Part shown: one piece after another, positions 40,845 to 49,213 of the stretch
How the letters are laid out: the number at the start of each line of letters is the position of its first letter
Position numbering within the stretch: the first letter of the stretch is position 1
DNA from: an uncultured Bacteroidaceae bacterium
GTDB taxonomy: Bacteria > Bacteroidota > Bacteroidia > Bacteroidales > GCA-2748055
DNA length: 49,213 bases
NCBI GenBank assembly: GCA_964595055.1
Contig: CAZQOV010000003.1
Span: forward strand, 1-49,213
Direction: 5' to 3'
The notes under the pieces: model-generated
The model's input: only the letters and a program-made list of their open reading frames with translations
What the model was told of the DNA's origin: nothing
The model's database searches: none
Position numbers and translations under genes: made by a program

Positions 40845-41848
40845 TTTAAACCTAATCTTTCAGATATCTCCAACATTCTGGTTATTGATCCCCTGGCTTT
40901 GTTCATGATTTCTTTTTCGACAACGATTTCAGGCATTTCATATTTTAATGTATTGTATAACTTTTTGAGGGTAATCATCTTCATGAACTTACAATCATTA
41001 CATGCACAGGTTGAATCTTTCGGAGGAGCAGGAATAAATATTTTATCCGGACTGGCTTTTTGCATTTGATGTAGTATTCCGGATTCAGTAGCTACGATAT
41101 ATTTAAATCCATCATCTTCCATTGTAAAATTCAGCAACGATGAAGTAGATCCTATATGATCGGCAATAATCTGTATATGTTTTTCACATTCCGGATGTGC
41201 TATTAATTTAGCATCTCTGTTCTCCCTTTTTAGTTCCAAAATCTTTTCCAATGAAAACTCTTCATGAACATGACATGCTCCCTCCCAGATAATCATATTC
41301 TCTCTTCCCGTAATACTTTTAATATAATTGCCCAAATTTCGGTCTGGTGCAAATATAATTTTTTCATTTTTCGGTAAACTATTGACAATGGCAAGGGCAT
41401 TAGTAGAAGTACATGCAATATCAGTCATAGCCTTTATCTCTGCAGTAGTATTAACATAAGAAATAACGGTATGATCCGGGTACTTCTTTAGAAATTCACG
41501 GAATTCATTAGCAGGAGCAGATTCAGCAAGAGAACATCCGGCATTCAGGTCAGGTAAAAGAACTTTCTTTTCCGGAGATAAAATTTTCGCTGTTTCTGCC
41601 ATAAAATGCACTCCAGCAAGAACAATTATATCAGCTTTTGTCTCTGCAGCTTTTTGAGCAAGTACCAAACTATCTCCGATAATATCAGCAATATCTTGTA
41701 TTTCTGATTCCTGATAATAATGAGCAAGAATTACGGCATTTTTTTCTTTTCGTAATTTATTAATTCCGTCAACAAGATTAATATTTTCATCTATATCAAC
41801 ATCAACATAACCATTACTCAATAGTTTTCCTTTTTCAACAACATTCAT
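40841..41848 (-). CDS. nadA: Quinolinate synthase
   Basis: ILAHYYQ, GVHFMAETAKIL, AGCSLA, SYVN, GACHVH, AHPEC, C..MK. Confidence 0.97.
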   Translation of the reverse strand: MNVVEKGKLLSNGYVDVDIDENINLVDGINKLRKEKNAVILAHYYQESEIQDIADIIGDSLVLAQKAAETKADIIVLAGVHFMAETAKILSPEKKVLLPDLNAGCSLAESAPANEFREFLKKYPDHTVISYVNTTAEIKAMTDIACTSTNALAIVNSLPKNEKIIFAPDRNLGNYIKSITGRENMIIWEGACHVHEEFSLEKILELKRENRDAKLIAHPECEKHIQIIADHIGSTSSLLNFTMEDDGFKYIVATESGILHQMQKASPDKIFIPAPPKDSTCACNDCKFMKMITLKKLYNTLKYEMPEIVVEKEIMNKARGSITRMLEISERLGLK

Positions 41849-42309
41849 TACCCTATTATATTATTATTATTATTATTTTAAACTATATATGATGATGTAT
41901 ATATTCTGTTAATTCTGTTATTATTTATCTTAAAAAAGAGTTGTATATTTTGATATTTACAGATTAACAACACAAAATTAACAGATATTCATTATGTTTT
42001 ACATTGTAAATCATTAATCTGCAAATTTATTAACAGCTTGTTAGTTAATTATTATTTTAATAAAAACCCTATAACATAAGTACTCTTAATGTGTTAAAAT
42101 ATTGTTTGTTTTTTTGAAATACAAAATGAAAAATAAATTTTGTTTTCTTTTGATTTTTTATAATTGATTCTGGTGAGGAAAAAAAAGCCTTTTTTTTAAA
42201 AAACTATTGCAAAATACTCAACATACAATTAACAAAAAATGTGCAAAAATTTCGTACTTTCAGATATGAAATTATTATATTAAATTTAAATTTTTAATTA
42301 TAGAAAGAG
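41849..42309. other. Candidate chromosomal replication origin (oriC)
   Basis: Very AT-rich 461-bp divergent gap; (ATT)6 at 41860-41877; repeated TTAACA/TGTTA 9-mers including TTATTAACA 42027-42035; gene polarity flips here; parS cluster and mnmG nearby. Confidence 0.65.
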
Positions 42310-42750
42310 ATGATAACGGATAAAATTGTTCTGGCCGCTGATCACGCCGGTTATGAGTTAAAGGAAATAATCAAAAATCACCTTAAGAAAAAAGGTTTGA
42401 AAGTAAAGGACATGGGAACAGATAGTTCGGAAGCAGTAGATTATCCTGTTTTTGGTCATGCACTTGCAAAAGAAATAGAGAGTGGTAATTATGATTATGG
42501 TATTTCAATATGCGGAAGTGCTAATGGGATTAATATGACTACGAATAAGCATCAGGGAATACGATCGGCAATTTGTTGGAGTGAAGAAATTGCCCGGCTT
42601 GCCAGATTACATAATAATGCTAACATCTGTTCATTACCGGCTCGTTTTATTGAAGATAAGCTGGCTCTTAAGATGGTTGATATTTTTTTCAACACAGAAT
42701 TTGAAGGGGGCAGACACAAAAGAAGGATTGAAAAAATACCTTGTACATAA
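42310..42750 (+). CDS. rpiB: Ribose-5-phosphate isomerase B
   Basis: ADHAGYELK, DYP, CGSANG, ARLHNNAN, FEGGRHKRR. Confidence 0.95.
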   Translation: MITDKIVLAADHAGYELKEIIKNHLKKKGLKVKDMGTDSSEAVDYPVFGHALAKEIESGNYDYGISICGSANGINMTTNKHQGIRSAICWSEEIARLARLHNNANICSLPARFIEDKLALKMVDIFFNTEFEGGRHKRRIEKIPCT

Positions 42751-42763
42751 AAATTAAAACATT

Positions 42764-43198
42764 ATGTTATCCCATACCAGCAAATATGCTTTAAGGGCTG
42801 TGATATACCTTGCTATTCATACCCGCGAAGGCCAGAGAATTGGTATTAAAAGGATATCTTCTGATCTTGATGTTCCTTCACCTTTCCTTGGTAAAATATT
42901 ACAATCTCTGGCCAAACACAAATTATTAACATCCACAAAGGGGCCTAATGGTGGTTTTGCTTTAGGAAGACCAGCCAGTAAAATCTTTTTAATGGATATT
43001 GTTGAGATAATTGATGGTCAGGATAATTTTCATAAATGTGCTATTGGAGTTAAATATTGCAGTGACCAGGAATATCCCTGTGCATTGCATTCAAGATATG
43101 CAAAATTAAGGGATGAAATGAAAGAACTTTTTCAGTCCGAAACAGTTGAGGAAATAGCAAAGGATGCAGAAGCAAATCTTGATAAAATAATTATTTAG
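42764..43198 (+). CDS. Rrf2 family transcriptional regulator (three-Cys Fe-S type)
   Basis: YALRAVIYLA, FLGKILQ.L, STKGPNGGF.L, CAIG..C...PCALH. Confidence 0.92.
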   Translation: MLSHTSKYALRAVIYLAIHTREGQRIGIKRISSDLDVPSPFLGKILQSLAKHKLLTSTKGPNGGFALGRPASKIFLMDIVEIIDGQDNFHKCAIGVKYCSDQEYPCALHSRYAKLRDEMKELFQSETVEEIAKDAEANLDKIII

Positions 43199-43356
43199 GT
43201 TTTGCAGGAGAACGAAAAATTTTATGTTTCTTTTCTTTGTTGAATCCTTTGTATTCGTAAATAAATTTTTCTGAATTCATACCGTTTGGTGGCTTCTGTA
43301 TAAGTAAGGGGAAAGCCTTTGTTGTGAACAAGGAAAAAAATATTTTTTACGGTATA

Positions 43357-43728
43357 CTATTTAATTTTTCTGAATATATAATAGACAGGAATGGCAAATA
43401 AACTTCCGGTAAAATTTGCCAGCATATCTAATAAATCTCCGGATCTGTGGGGATGCAGAGCCTGAATAAATTCAATTAAACCTCCCAGAAAGAGACATAT
43501 TAAAACAATATAAAGATAATTTTGTGCATTCATCTTACCGGGTCTTTCAATAAAAATTATAAATGTAAGGGAAGCATATAAAAGAAAATGAACCACTTTA
43601 TCAACATGGGGAAAATCCAGGAAATGCTGTTTGGAATTGTTTTCAAAAGGAAAGAGACTTAAAAAAATGATTAGTATTGCGAATAGGATGCTTTTATAAT
43701 GGGCGTGTAAATATCTGTAAAACAACAT
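43357..43728 (-). CDS. VanZ family membrane protein
   Basis: DKVVHFLLY, IEFIQ..P.RSGD..DMLAN..G. Confidence 0.88.
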   Translation of the reverse strand: MLFYRYLHAHYKSILFAILIIFLSLFPFENNSKQHFLDFPHVDKVVHFLLYASLTFIIFIERPGKMNAQNYLYIVLICLFLGGLIEFIQALHPHRSGDLLDMLANFTGSLFAIPVYYIFRKIK

Positions 43729-43798
43729 AATATATTATTTAAGGACTTTTGGAAAAATATCTTAAATTTAAACAGAATAATCAGGTTTTAACCAACTT

Positions 43799-46700
43799 AT
43801 GAAAGATAATTTATCCATAAATAATTTAATGGCGTTATTGCGGGCAGAAAATATTAAAACCTGGTTCGATCTCGGCTTATTTCTGGATAGAATTAAGGAA
43901 AACGGAATTGTAGATTCTGTGGATTCTTCTTCTAATCGTATTGATAATTACAGAATATTTGAAAATAAGGGAATTGCTTTTATTACTTATCATTTTTCTA
44001 TAGATGGTGTAAGTGTAGAAGTAAAGAAATATGCCGAATTAATAAAAAGGGATATTCCCAATGCGAATATTCATTATATATCAGGGATTTTTAAATCAGA
44101 AGCTGAAAAACTTATACCCGGGTTTGTTGAAAGAAAGGAAATACCAGAAATCCAGGGATTTGATGACTGGACTTTGTATGAGAAATTTTATTTTACTCAA
44201 TTTGAAAGAGGGAGTGCCAGGTATAATTCCCTTATTACGGAATTCTGGGAAGAAACACTAGGAATAATACAGAAAATAGGGGATTATATCATAGAAAATA
44301 ATATCCGTTTATTCTATTTAATAAATGTGGCCTCCAACCCGGGAAATGTTTCTCTTACTCTTGCCACCGTTTTATTATCTGAATATTTTAGAATTCCGGT
44401 TATTAATAACAATCACGATTTTTATTGGGAAGGGGGAAGCAGAGCCGGGTATCTTAATCCGAAGAAAAATAAGAGAGGACCCAGGGATTTCTTTTTTGCC
44501 AATGCCCATCTGGGAGAATTTTTCAGCATTATAGAACTTTTATTTCCATGGGAATCCAAACGTTGGATACATGTTAACATCAATCGCAGTCAGTCGGAAT
44601 ACCTCATTAGAAAACGAGGGTTAAATCCGGCGAACGTTATGGAGATAGGGACAGCGGTTGATACTTCAATTTATGTCAATATTGATAAAAGAAAAAAGAT
44701 TAATGCCTTCCTTCAACTTGAAAAAATACTTAGCCGGTATAAGGATCAATTGATCGTTTATTCAGTGGAGGATGTTATAAGTACCCACCTCGTTGATCCG
44801 GAAAATACAATGCCTATTCTCATCGGCAATAAAACGCGACCCATTAATAAATTCATGGCTGAGAATATTATTTTTTTGCAGCCCACGCGCATTATTTCAA
44901 GAAAAAGAATTGAAACAGGTTTTCGATTATTAATAAAAATCCTCGAAAATAAAGGGTTTAGTGAAAGGTTAAATAAGACTAAAAATCTCAAGTTAACCAT
45001 TCTGGTTACCGGTCCGATTGCTTCAGGACAATATTTGTATTTTACCAAATTAATGAAGCGATTTCAGTGTTTACTCGAAAATATCGAAGAAAAGATAAGG
45101 GATAAAATCTATCTTGCTTTTTTGTTTAGTGAGTTGGATAAGGAAAGTTTTAAAAAACGTTTTCCATATTCTGTTGGTATTCCTGAGTTGTATAATATTG
45201 CCTCCCTGGTTTTATTGCCCAGTAAAACAGAGGGAAGGGGATTACCCATAATTGAATCAACGGCCTGTGGAACACCTATTTTTGTGAGAAAATATGCTCC
45301 AAGAGATGTTTACGAGGAAGTGATTGGGTATCATCTTGAAGAAAAGAATCGACTTAAAGTGATTGAATATGATGGGAAAAATATAAAAAAGAAATATGCC
45401 AATGCTATTATTGACAGGGTATTATTTCCACATAAATATACAGAAGAAATTAATCATAACCGGAAAGCCGTGGTTCGGCGGTTCTCCCTGGAAGTCTTGA
45501 ATAATAATTTACTGGAGATCTTAAACCGGCTTATTTTCCAAATAAACTCCGGTAAGAAAGAAAAAGATATTGTAATACAATCCCTCAGCAAATACCGGGA
45601 TAGTTTTAATCCGAATGATCCTGATCTAACGTCCATAATGAATTCGAAACATCGTCAATACCTGGCCGGATATGGCAAATTATCTTTCATGATTTATTTA
45701 AAATCCCTGATTGATCCGAGTTTTTTTCGCATCGAACAGATGGAGTTTAAAGGACGGGTATTTCAGTTTGCTCTTGAGATCATGAAAAAAGACCCTGAAG
45801 AATTTCACATTACCCTTGCAAAAAAGTTGTCATTCTTAAATACCATTGAGGAGTTATTTAATTACAGGGAAGGAGAACATACGATCAGGCACGATCATAG
45901 TATGTCTTACAGGCACAGAAATAAATATTATTATCCTTACCAGGAATATACCATGCAGGAATTAACCGGACTGGTAAATATTTTTTATTTTGATATAATA
46001 GACCCCACTATTATTACACAGGTAAGGGAAACACCACATTTCTTTACCGATTGGAATCTTGCCTTATTGCAATTAACAGGAAGTACTTATCTGTCAATTG
46101 ATAATCGAAAAGAACTTATTAAAAAACTGAAGGAGAACATTCCGATTGCTTATTTTCCGGGAGAATATCTTATGCATGAATTGGAATTATTCATTCTTCA
46201 GCCGGTTCGATCAAGATTGGATATGAAAATAGAAGAAGTTCTGACGAAACAAAAACTGTTGGATAATTTGGATAATTTGGCTGGAATATATGTGTTTACT
46301 CAGGAGAAGAATCTTGGGAACCAATTAAACCGGGAGGAAACTGCGGAATACATTTTAAATGGGAGTAATGAAGAACTGAAGCTATTGTACGAATTTGGAA
46401 TTTTATCTTTAATACCAACTGAACAATGGACTGTAGGTATACATTTTGTTCAGCTTGGGAATAAGGCCCTGAAAGTATTGAAAAGAATTAAAGATGAAAA
46501 CGGATTTTTAATTACGAACAGAAGAAATGCCGTTCTGATGACCGATATTATAGATCTGGATAGATTTCATATTGGGAAGGCCCGAACAGAACTGGATGCA
46601 AATATGCTTGGAATTCCAAGGGAATCCGGTTATATTCAGTATGCACCAGCAGGTATAAGGACGGTTCTTTCTTATCCGGTCCCTGTGCAAACAGCCAAAG

Positions 46701-47980
46701 ATTTCGACCGCATCTTTCACAGTAAATTATTTACTGGGGTTAAAAAAGAGATAGGAGAGAAGAAGTTTTTTTATGAAATGAAAAGAGATGCTGAATTACA
46801 TGGATCTCCATTGAAGTTTTTCCTGGAAAACCAGATAAAGAACATAAACGGAGACAATAACGAAAAAGCGGTAAATTATCATTTTATCAGTGGTATTTAC
46901 GATGACGGTCAGCCATATAACGGAATTATGGCTCATATTAATATACAAAAAAGGAAATGGGAATTCCTGGTGGTTTCTGCGGATGAAAAACCCTTAAAAG
47001 TAACCTCTTTTGTCAGGAAATTTGAAAAAATTCTTAATCAAAAAATCGCTATTGGGTGGAATGGGGGATATATTCTTAATCCTGAATTAGTTGGTAAGTT
47101 AGGGCTTAAAGAATCTTTTATTGGTTCGCCATTGGGCTTAATAATTTCTTATGGCAAAATATTATCTCCTCCATTATTCAATAAGGGAGCTTTGCTGATT
47201 TATAAGGATGGTCATCTGGATATTAAACGGGTTTCTGTTAAAAATGGGCTTACACTAAGAATTGGGAATCATATATGGTCACTGGACAAAAATCGGTATA
47301 ATTTATCTAATCCCTCCGGGGAGGTGTGTTATTATGATCTTATGTTTAGTGAAAATTATGTTTTGAATGACAGGAGAATTGCGGTAAGACTTGCGGGAAA
47401 TGTGGTTAAGGATATTGTTATAGGATTTGAAAAATCAAAACTTGAAAGCATTCCGGTGGGATTAACAATATCTTTCAGGGAAGATTGTTTTCCTCAGGAT
47501 CTGCAGGTAGGAGATGAAATCGAAATACGAATGCACGAATTTGAAGAAGTACAACATGCAGTTGAAGCAGGACCTATGTTGCTGGAAAACGGATACAATT
47601 GTCTGAACATGGATCTGGAGGGATGGACACATCGGAATTCTATTCGTACCCAGGCAGCACGATTGGATTACACAGATATGAGAGGACCCAAAATTGCCGC
47701 AGGGATAGATAATGACGGAAATCTGTCTGTTCTTGCTGTAAATGGACGAATAAGGGAGTCTGTAGGGGCTACACATCATAACATGGCAGAAATCTTACAG
47801 GAAAAGGGAATTCTTAAAGCCATGGGCTTTGACCCGGGGGGTAGCAGTACCCTGGTTGTTGAGGGGGAAGAAAGAAATATTTCTCCCTATAACCAAAAAT
47901 ATGAACAAAATATATATGCACTGTCTCCGGAACCAAGAGCAGTTTCCAATGCCGTATTGGGTTATTTAAAGGAGGAATGA
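43799..47980 (+). CDS. 1393-aa fusion: GT-B (GT4, MggS-like) glycosyltransferase + central unknown region + phosphodiester glycosidase (NAGPA/DUF2233) domain
   Basis: IDGVSVEV.KY, NHDFYWE, LQPTRIISRKRIE, LPSKTEGRGLPIIE (EX7E); C-terminal WNGGY, GPMLLENG, VNGR..SVGAT, AMGFDPGGSSTL, RAVSNAV. Confidence 0.8.
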   Translation: MKDNLSINNLMALLRAENIKTWFDLGLFLDRIKENGIVDSVDSSSNRIDNYRIFENKGIAFITYHFSIDGVSVEVKKYAELIKRDIPNANIHYISGIFKSEAEKLIPGFVERKEIPEIQGFDDWTLYEKFYFTQFERGSARYNSLITEFWEETLGIIQKIGDYIIENNIRLFYLINVASNPGNVSLTLATVLLSEYFRIPVINNNHDFYWEGGSRAGYLNPKKNKRGPRDFFFANAHLGEFFSIIELLFPWESKRWIHVNINRSQSEYLIRKRGLNPANVMEIGTAVDTSIYVNIDKRKKINAFLQLEKILSRYKDQLIVYSVEDVISTHLVDPENTMPILIGNKTRPINKFMAENIIFLQPTRIISRKRIETGFRLLIKILENKGFSERLNKTKNLKLTILVTGPIASGQYLYFTKLMKRFQCLLENIEEKIRDKIYLAFLFSELDKESFKKRFPYSVGIPELYNIASLVLLPSKTEGRGLPIIESTACGTPIFVRKYAPRDVYEEVIGYHLEEKNRLKVIEYDGKNIKKKYANAIIDRVLFPHKYTEEINHNRKAVVRRFSLEVLNNNLLEILNRLIFQINSGKKEKDIVIQSLSKYRDSFNPNDPDLTSIMNSKHRQYLAGYGKLSFMIYLKSLIDPSFFRIEQMEFKGRVFQFALEIMKKDPEEFHITLAKKLSFLNTIEELFNYREGEHTIRHDHSMSYRHRNKYYYPYQEYTMQELTGLVNIFYFDIIDPTIITQVRETPHFFTDWNLALLQLTGSTYLSIDNRKELIKKLKENIPIAYFPGEYLMHELELFILQPVRSRLDMKIEEVLTKQKLLDNLDNLAGIYVFTQEKNLGNQLNREETAEYILNGSNEELKLLYEFGILSLIPTEQWTVGIHFVQLGNKALKVLKRIKDENGFLITNRRNAVLMTDIIDLDRFHIGKARTELDANMLGIPRESGYIQYAPAGIRTVLSYPVPVQTAKDFDRIFHSKLFTGVKKEIGEKKFFYEMKRDAELHGSPLKFFLENQIKNINGDNNEKAVNYHFISGIYDDGQPYNGIMAHINIQKRKWEFLVVSADEKPLKVTSFVRKFEKILNQKIAIGWNGGYILNPELVGKLGLKESFIGSPLGLIISYGKILSPPLFNKGALLIYKDGHLDIKRVSVKNGLTLRIGNHIWSLDKNRYNLSNPSGEVCYYDLMFSENYVLNDRRIAVRLAGNVVKDIVIGFEKSKLESIPVGLTISFREDCFPQDLQVGDEIEIRMHEFEEVQHAVEAGPMLLENGYNCLNMDLEGWTHRNSIRTQAARLDYTDMRGPKIAAGIDNDGNLSVLAVNGRIRESVGATHHNMAEILQEKGILKAMGFDPGGSSTLVVEGEERNISPYNQKYEQNIYALSPEPRAVSNAVLGYLKEE

Positions 47981-49128
47981 AATTGGCTGGCTTATACATA
48001 CATATCCCATTCTGCAGACAGGCTTGCCGGTATTGTGACTTTCATTTTTCTGTTTCTCTTCATTTTAAAGAGAAAATGTTGAAAGCAATGGAGAGTGAAA
48101 TGCTTCAAAAAGCCAGGTATTTTAAGGACATTGAACTAAAAACCCTTTACTTTGGTGGTGGAACTCCTTCTGTTTTGAGTAATGAGGAAATAGTACGATT
48201 AATACTTGCAGTTAAGAATAATTTCCAAGTTTCACCTGATCTGGAAATCACCTTTGAAGCTAATCCTGATGATCTTACAATTCCTTACCTGGAAGCCTTG
48301 AAAAGGAGTGGAATTGCACGCTTAAGCATAGGAGTTCAATCTTTTCGGGATAAAGATCTTGAGTTGATGCGTCGCAGTCATAATGCTATTCAGGCCATAG
48401 AGGCAGTAAAAAATGCTAAGCAAATAGGATTTGACAACATTAACTGCGATCTTATATATGGAATACCGGGAATGAATTCCGAAGACTGGAAAGAAAACTT
48501 ACATATGCTGTTCGAATTAAGAATCCGGCATATTTCGGCCTACCATTTAACCTTCGAACCCGGAACTGTTTTTGAGCATTGGAGAAAAAAACAAAGAATT
48601 TTCCCGGTTGAAGAAGCAGAAAGTGTAAAACAATTTAAGGTATTAAAGTCTGAAACTACAAAATCAGGATTTATTCATTATGAGATTTCCAATTTTGCAC
48701 GTCCGGGTTTTTTCTCCCAACATAATTTGATTTACTGGACCAACAAAACCTATGTAGGTATAGGACCCTCGGCGCATTCATTTGATGGGAAAAGAAGATT
48801 TTGGAATATTTCCTCCAATAAAAAGTATATACAATTTTTGTTATCTGGAGGGAATAATTATACAGAGGGTGAGGATCTTAGTAAGGTTGATTTGTATAAC
48901 GAGTATATACTTACTTCTTTACGAACCATGTGGGGGATAGATTTGAATGAAATACATAAAAGATTCGAAGATAATTATGTTAAATACCTTAAAAAATCAT
49001 CTAAAAGATTTTTAGAAAGCGGAGACTTAATCCATCATGATAATAAGATACGCTTATCTGATAAGGGAGTATTAAAAGCCGATTATGTGATTCGCGAATT
49101 TTTCCTTTCAAAAAATCATTCGATTTAA
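47977..49128 (+). CDS. hemW: Radical SAM heme chaperone HemW (HemN-like)
   Basis: YIHIPFCRQACRYCDF (CxxxCxxC), GGGTPS, YEISNF..HNLIYW, GPSAHS. Confidence 0.9.
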   Translation: MKLAGLYIHIPFCRQACRYCDFHFSVSLHFKEKMLKAMESEMLQKARYFKDIELKTLYFGGGTPSVLSNEEIVRLILAVKNNFQVSPDLEITFEANPDDLTIPYLEALKRSGIARLSIGVQSFRDKDLELMRRSHNAIQAIEAVKNAKQIGFDNINCDLIYGIPGMNSEDWKENLHMLFELRIRHISAYHLTFEPGTVFEHWRKKQRIFPVEEAESVKQFKVLKSETTKSGFIHYEISNFARPGFFSQHNLIYWTNKTYVGIGPSAHSFDGKRRFWNISSNKKYIQFLLSGGNNYTEGEDLSKVDLYNEYILTSLRTMWGIDLNEIHKRFEDNYVKYLKKSSKRFLESGDLIHHDNKIRLSDKGVLKADYVIREFFLSKNHSI

Positions 49129-49213
49129 TTGATGGATTAAAATTATTAAATTTTTTTCCTTATGTCCTATTTCGAAAGTACATATAGATCGATCCTTATC
49201 AATGCATTGTCGG

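Noticed and set aside
47977-49128. Coproporphyrinogen dehydrogenase HemN
   Set aside because: Lacks the HemN N-terminal extension and has the HNxxYW signature of HemW
49167-49213. Possible 3' end of a minus-strand gene (..DNALIRIDLYVLSK*)
   Set aside because: Only about 15 codons are visible; too little to support a call

Overview
AT-rich chromosomal segment of a Bacteroidota bacterium, most likely Bacteroidales. The assignment rests on TAnnTTTG -7 promoter boxes, near-leaderless starts and the conserved dut-TPR-DUF4292-EnvC and ybeY-mnmG gene blocks. Most of the window is core genome: selU/mnmH, U32 tRNA hydroxylase-like, pepE, MoeB/ThiF, ctpA-like, polA, queD, ispB-like, uvrC, ade, mnmG, ybeY, dut, pheS, ruvB, nadA, rpiB and hemW. 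I found no rRNA, tRNA, CRISPR, prophage or transposase. The most notable signals are: (1) three perfect parS palindromes (TGTTCCACGTGGAACA) heading a ~233-234 bp tandem repeat downstream of mnmG; (2) a probable oriC in the nadA-rpiB gap, with TTAACA-type DnaA-box variants, an (ATT)6 trio-like tract and a switch in gene polarity; (3) a 1393-aa cytoplasmic protein fusing an MggS-like GT-B glycosyltransferase to a NAGPA/DUF2233 phosphodiester-glycosidase domain, overlapping hemW; (4) an ECF sigma/anti-sigma/beta-barrel unit with a shared TGTAAC-N16/17-CGTCA promoter motif; (5) a MORN-repeat gene split by one in-frame TAA; (6) an edge-truncated CBM9-like + SGNH esterase lipoprotein missed by the ORF track; (7) a gene remnant and a possibly structured non-coding stretch at 13.2-13.9 kb. 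All family assignments come from motif recognition by eye, not database searches.
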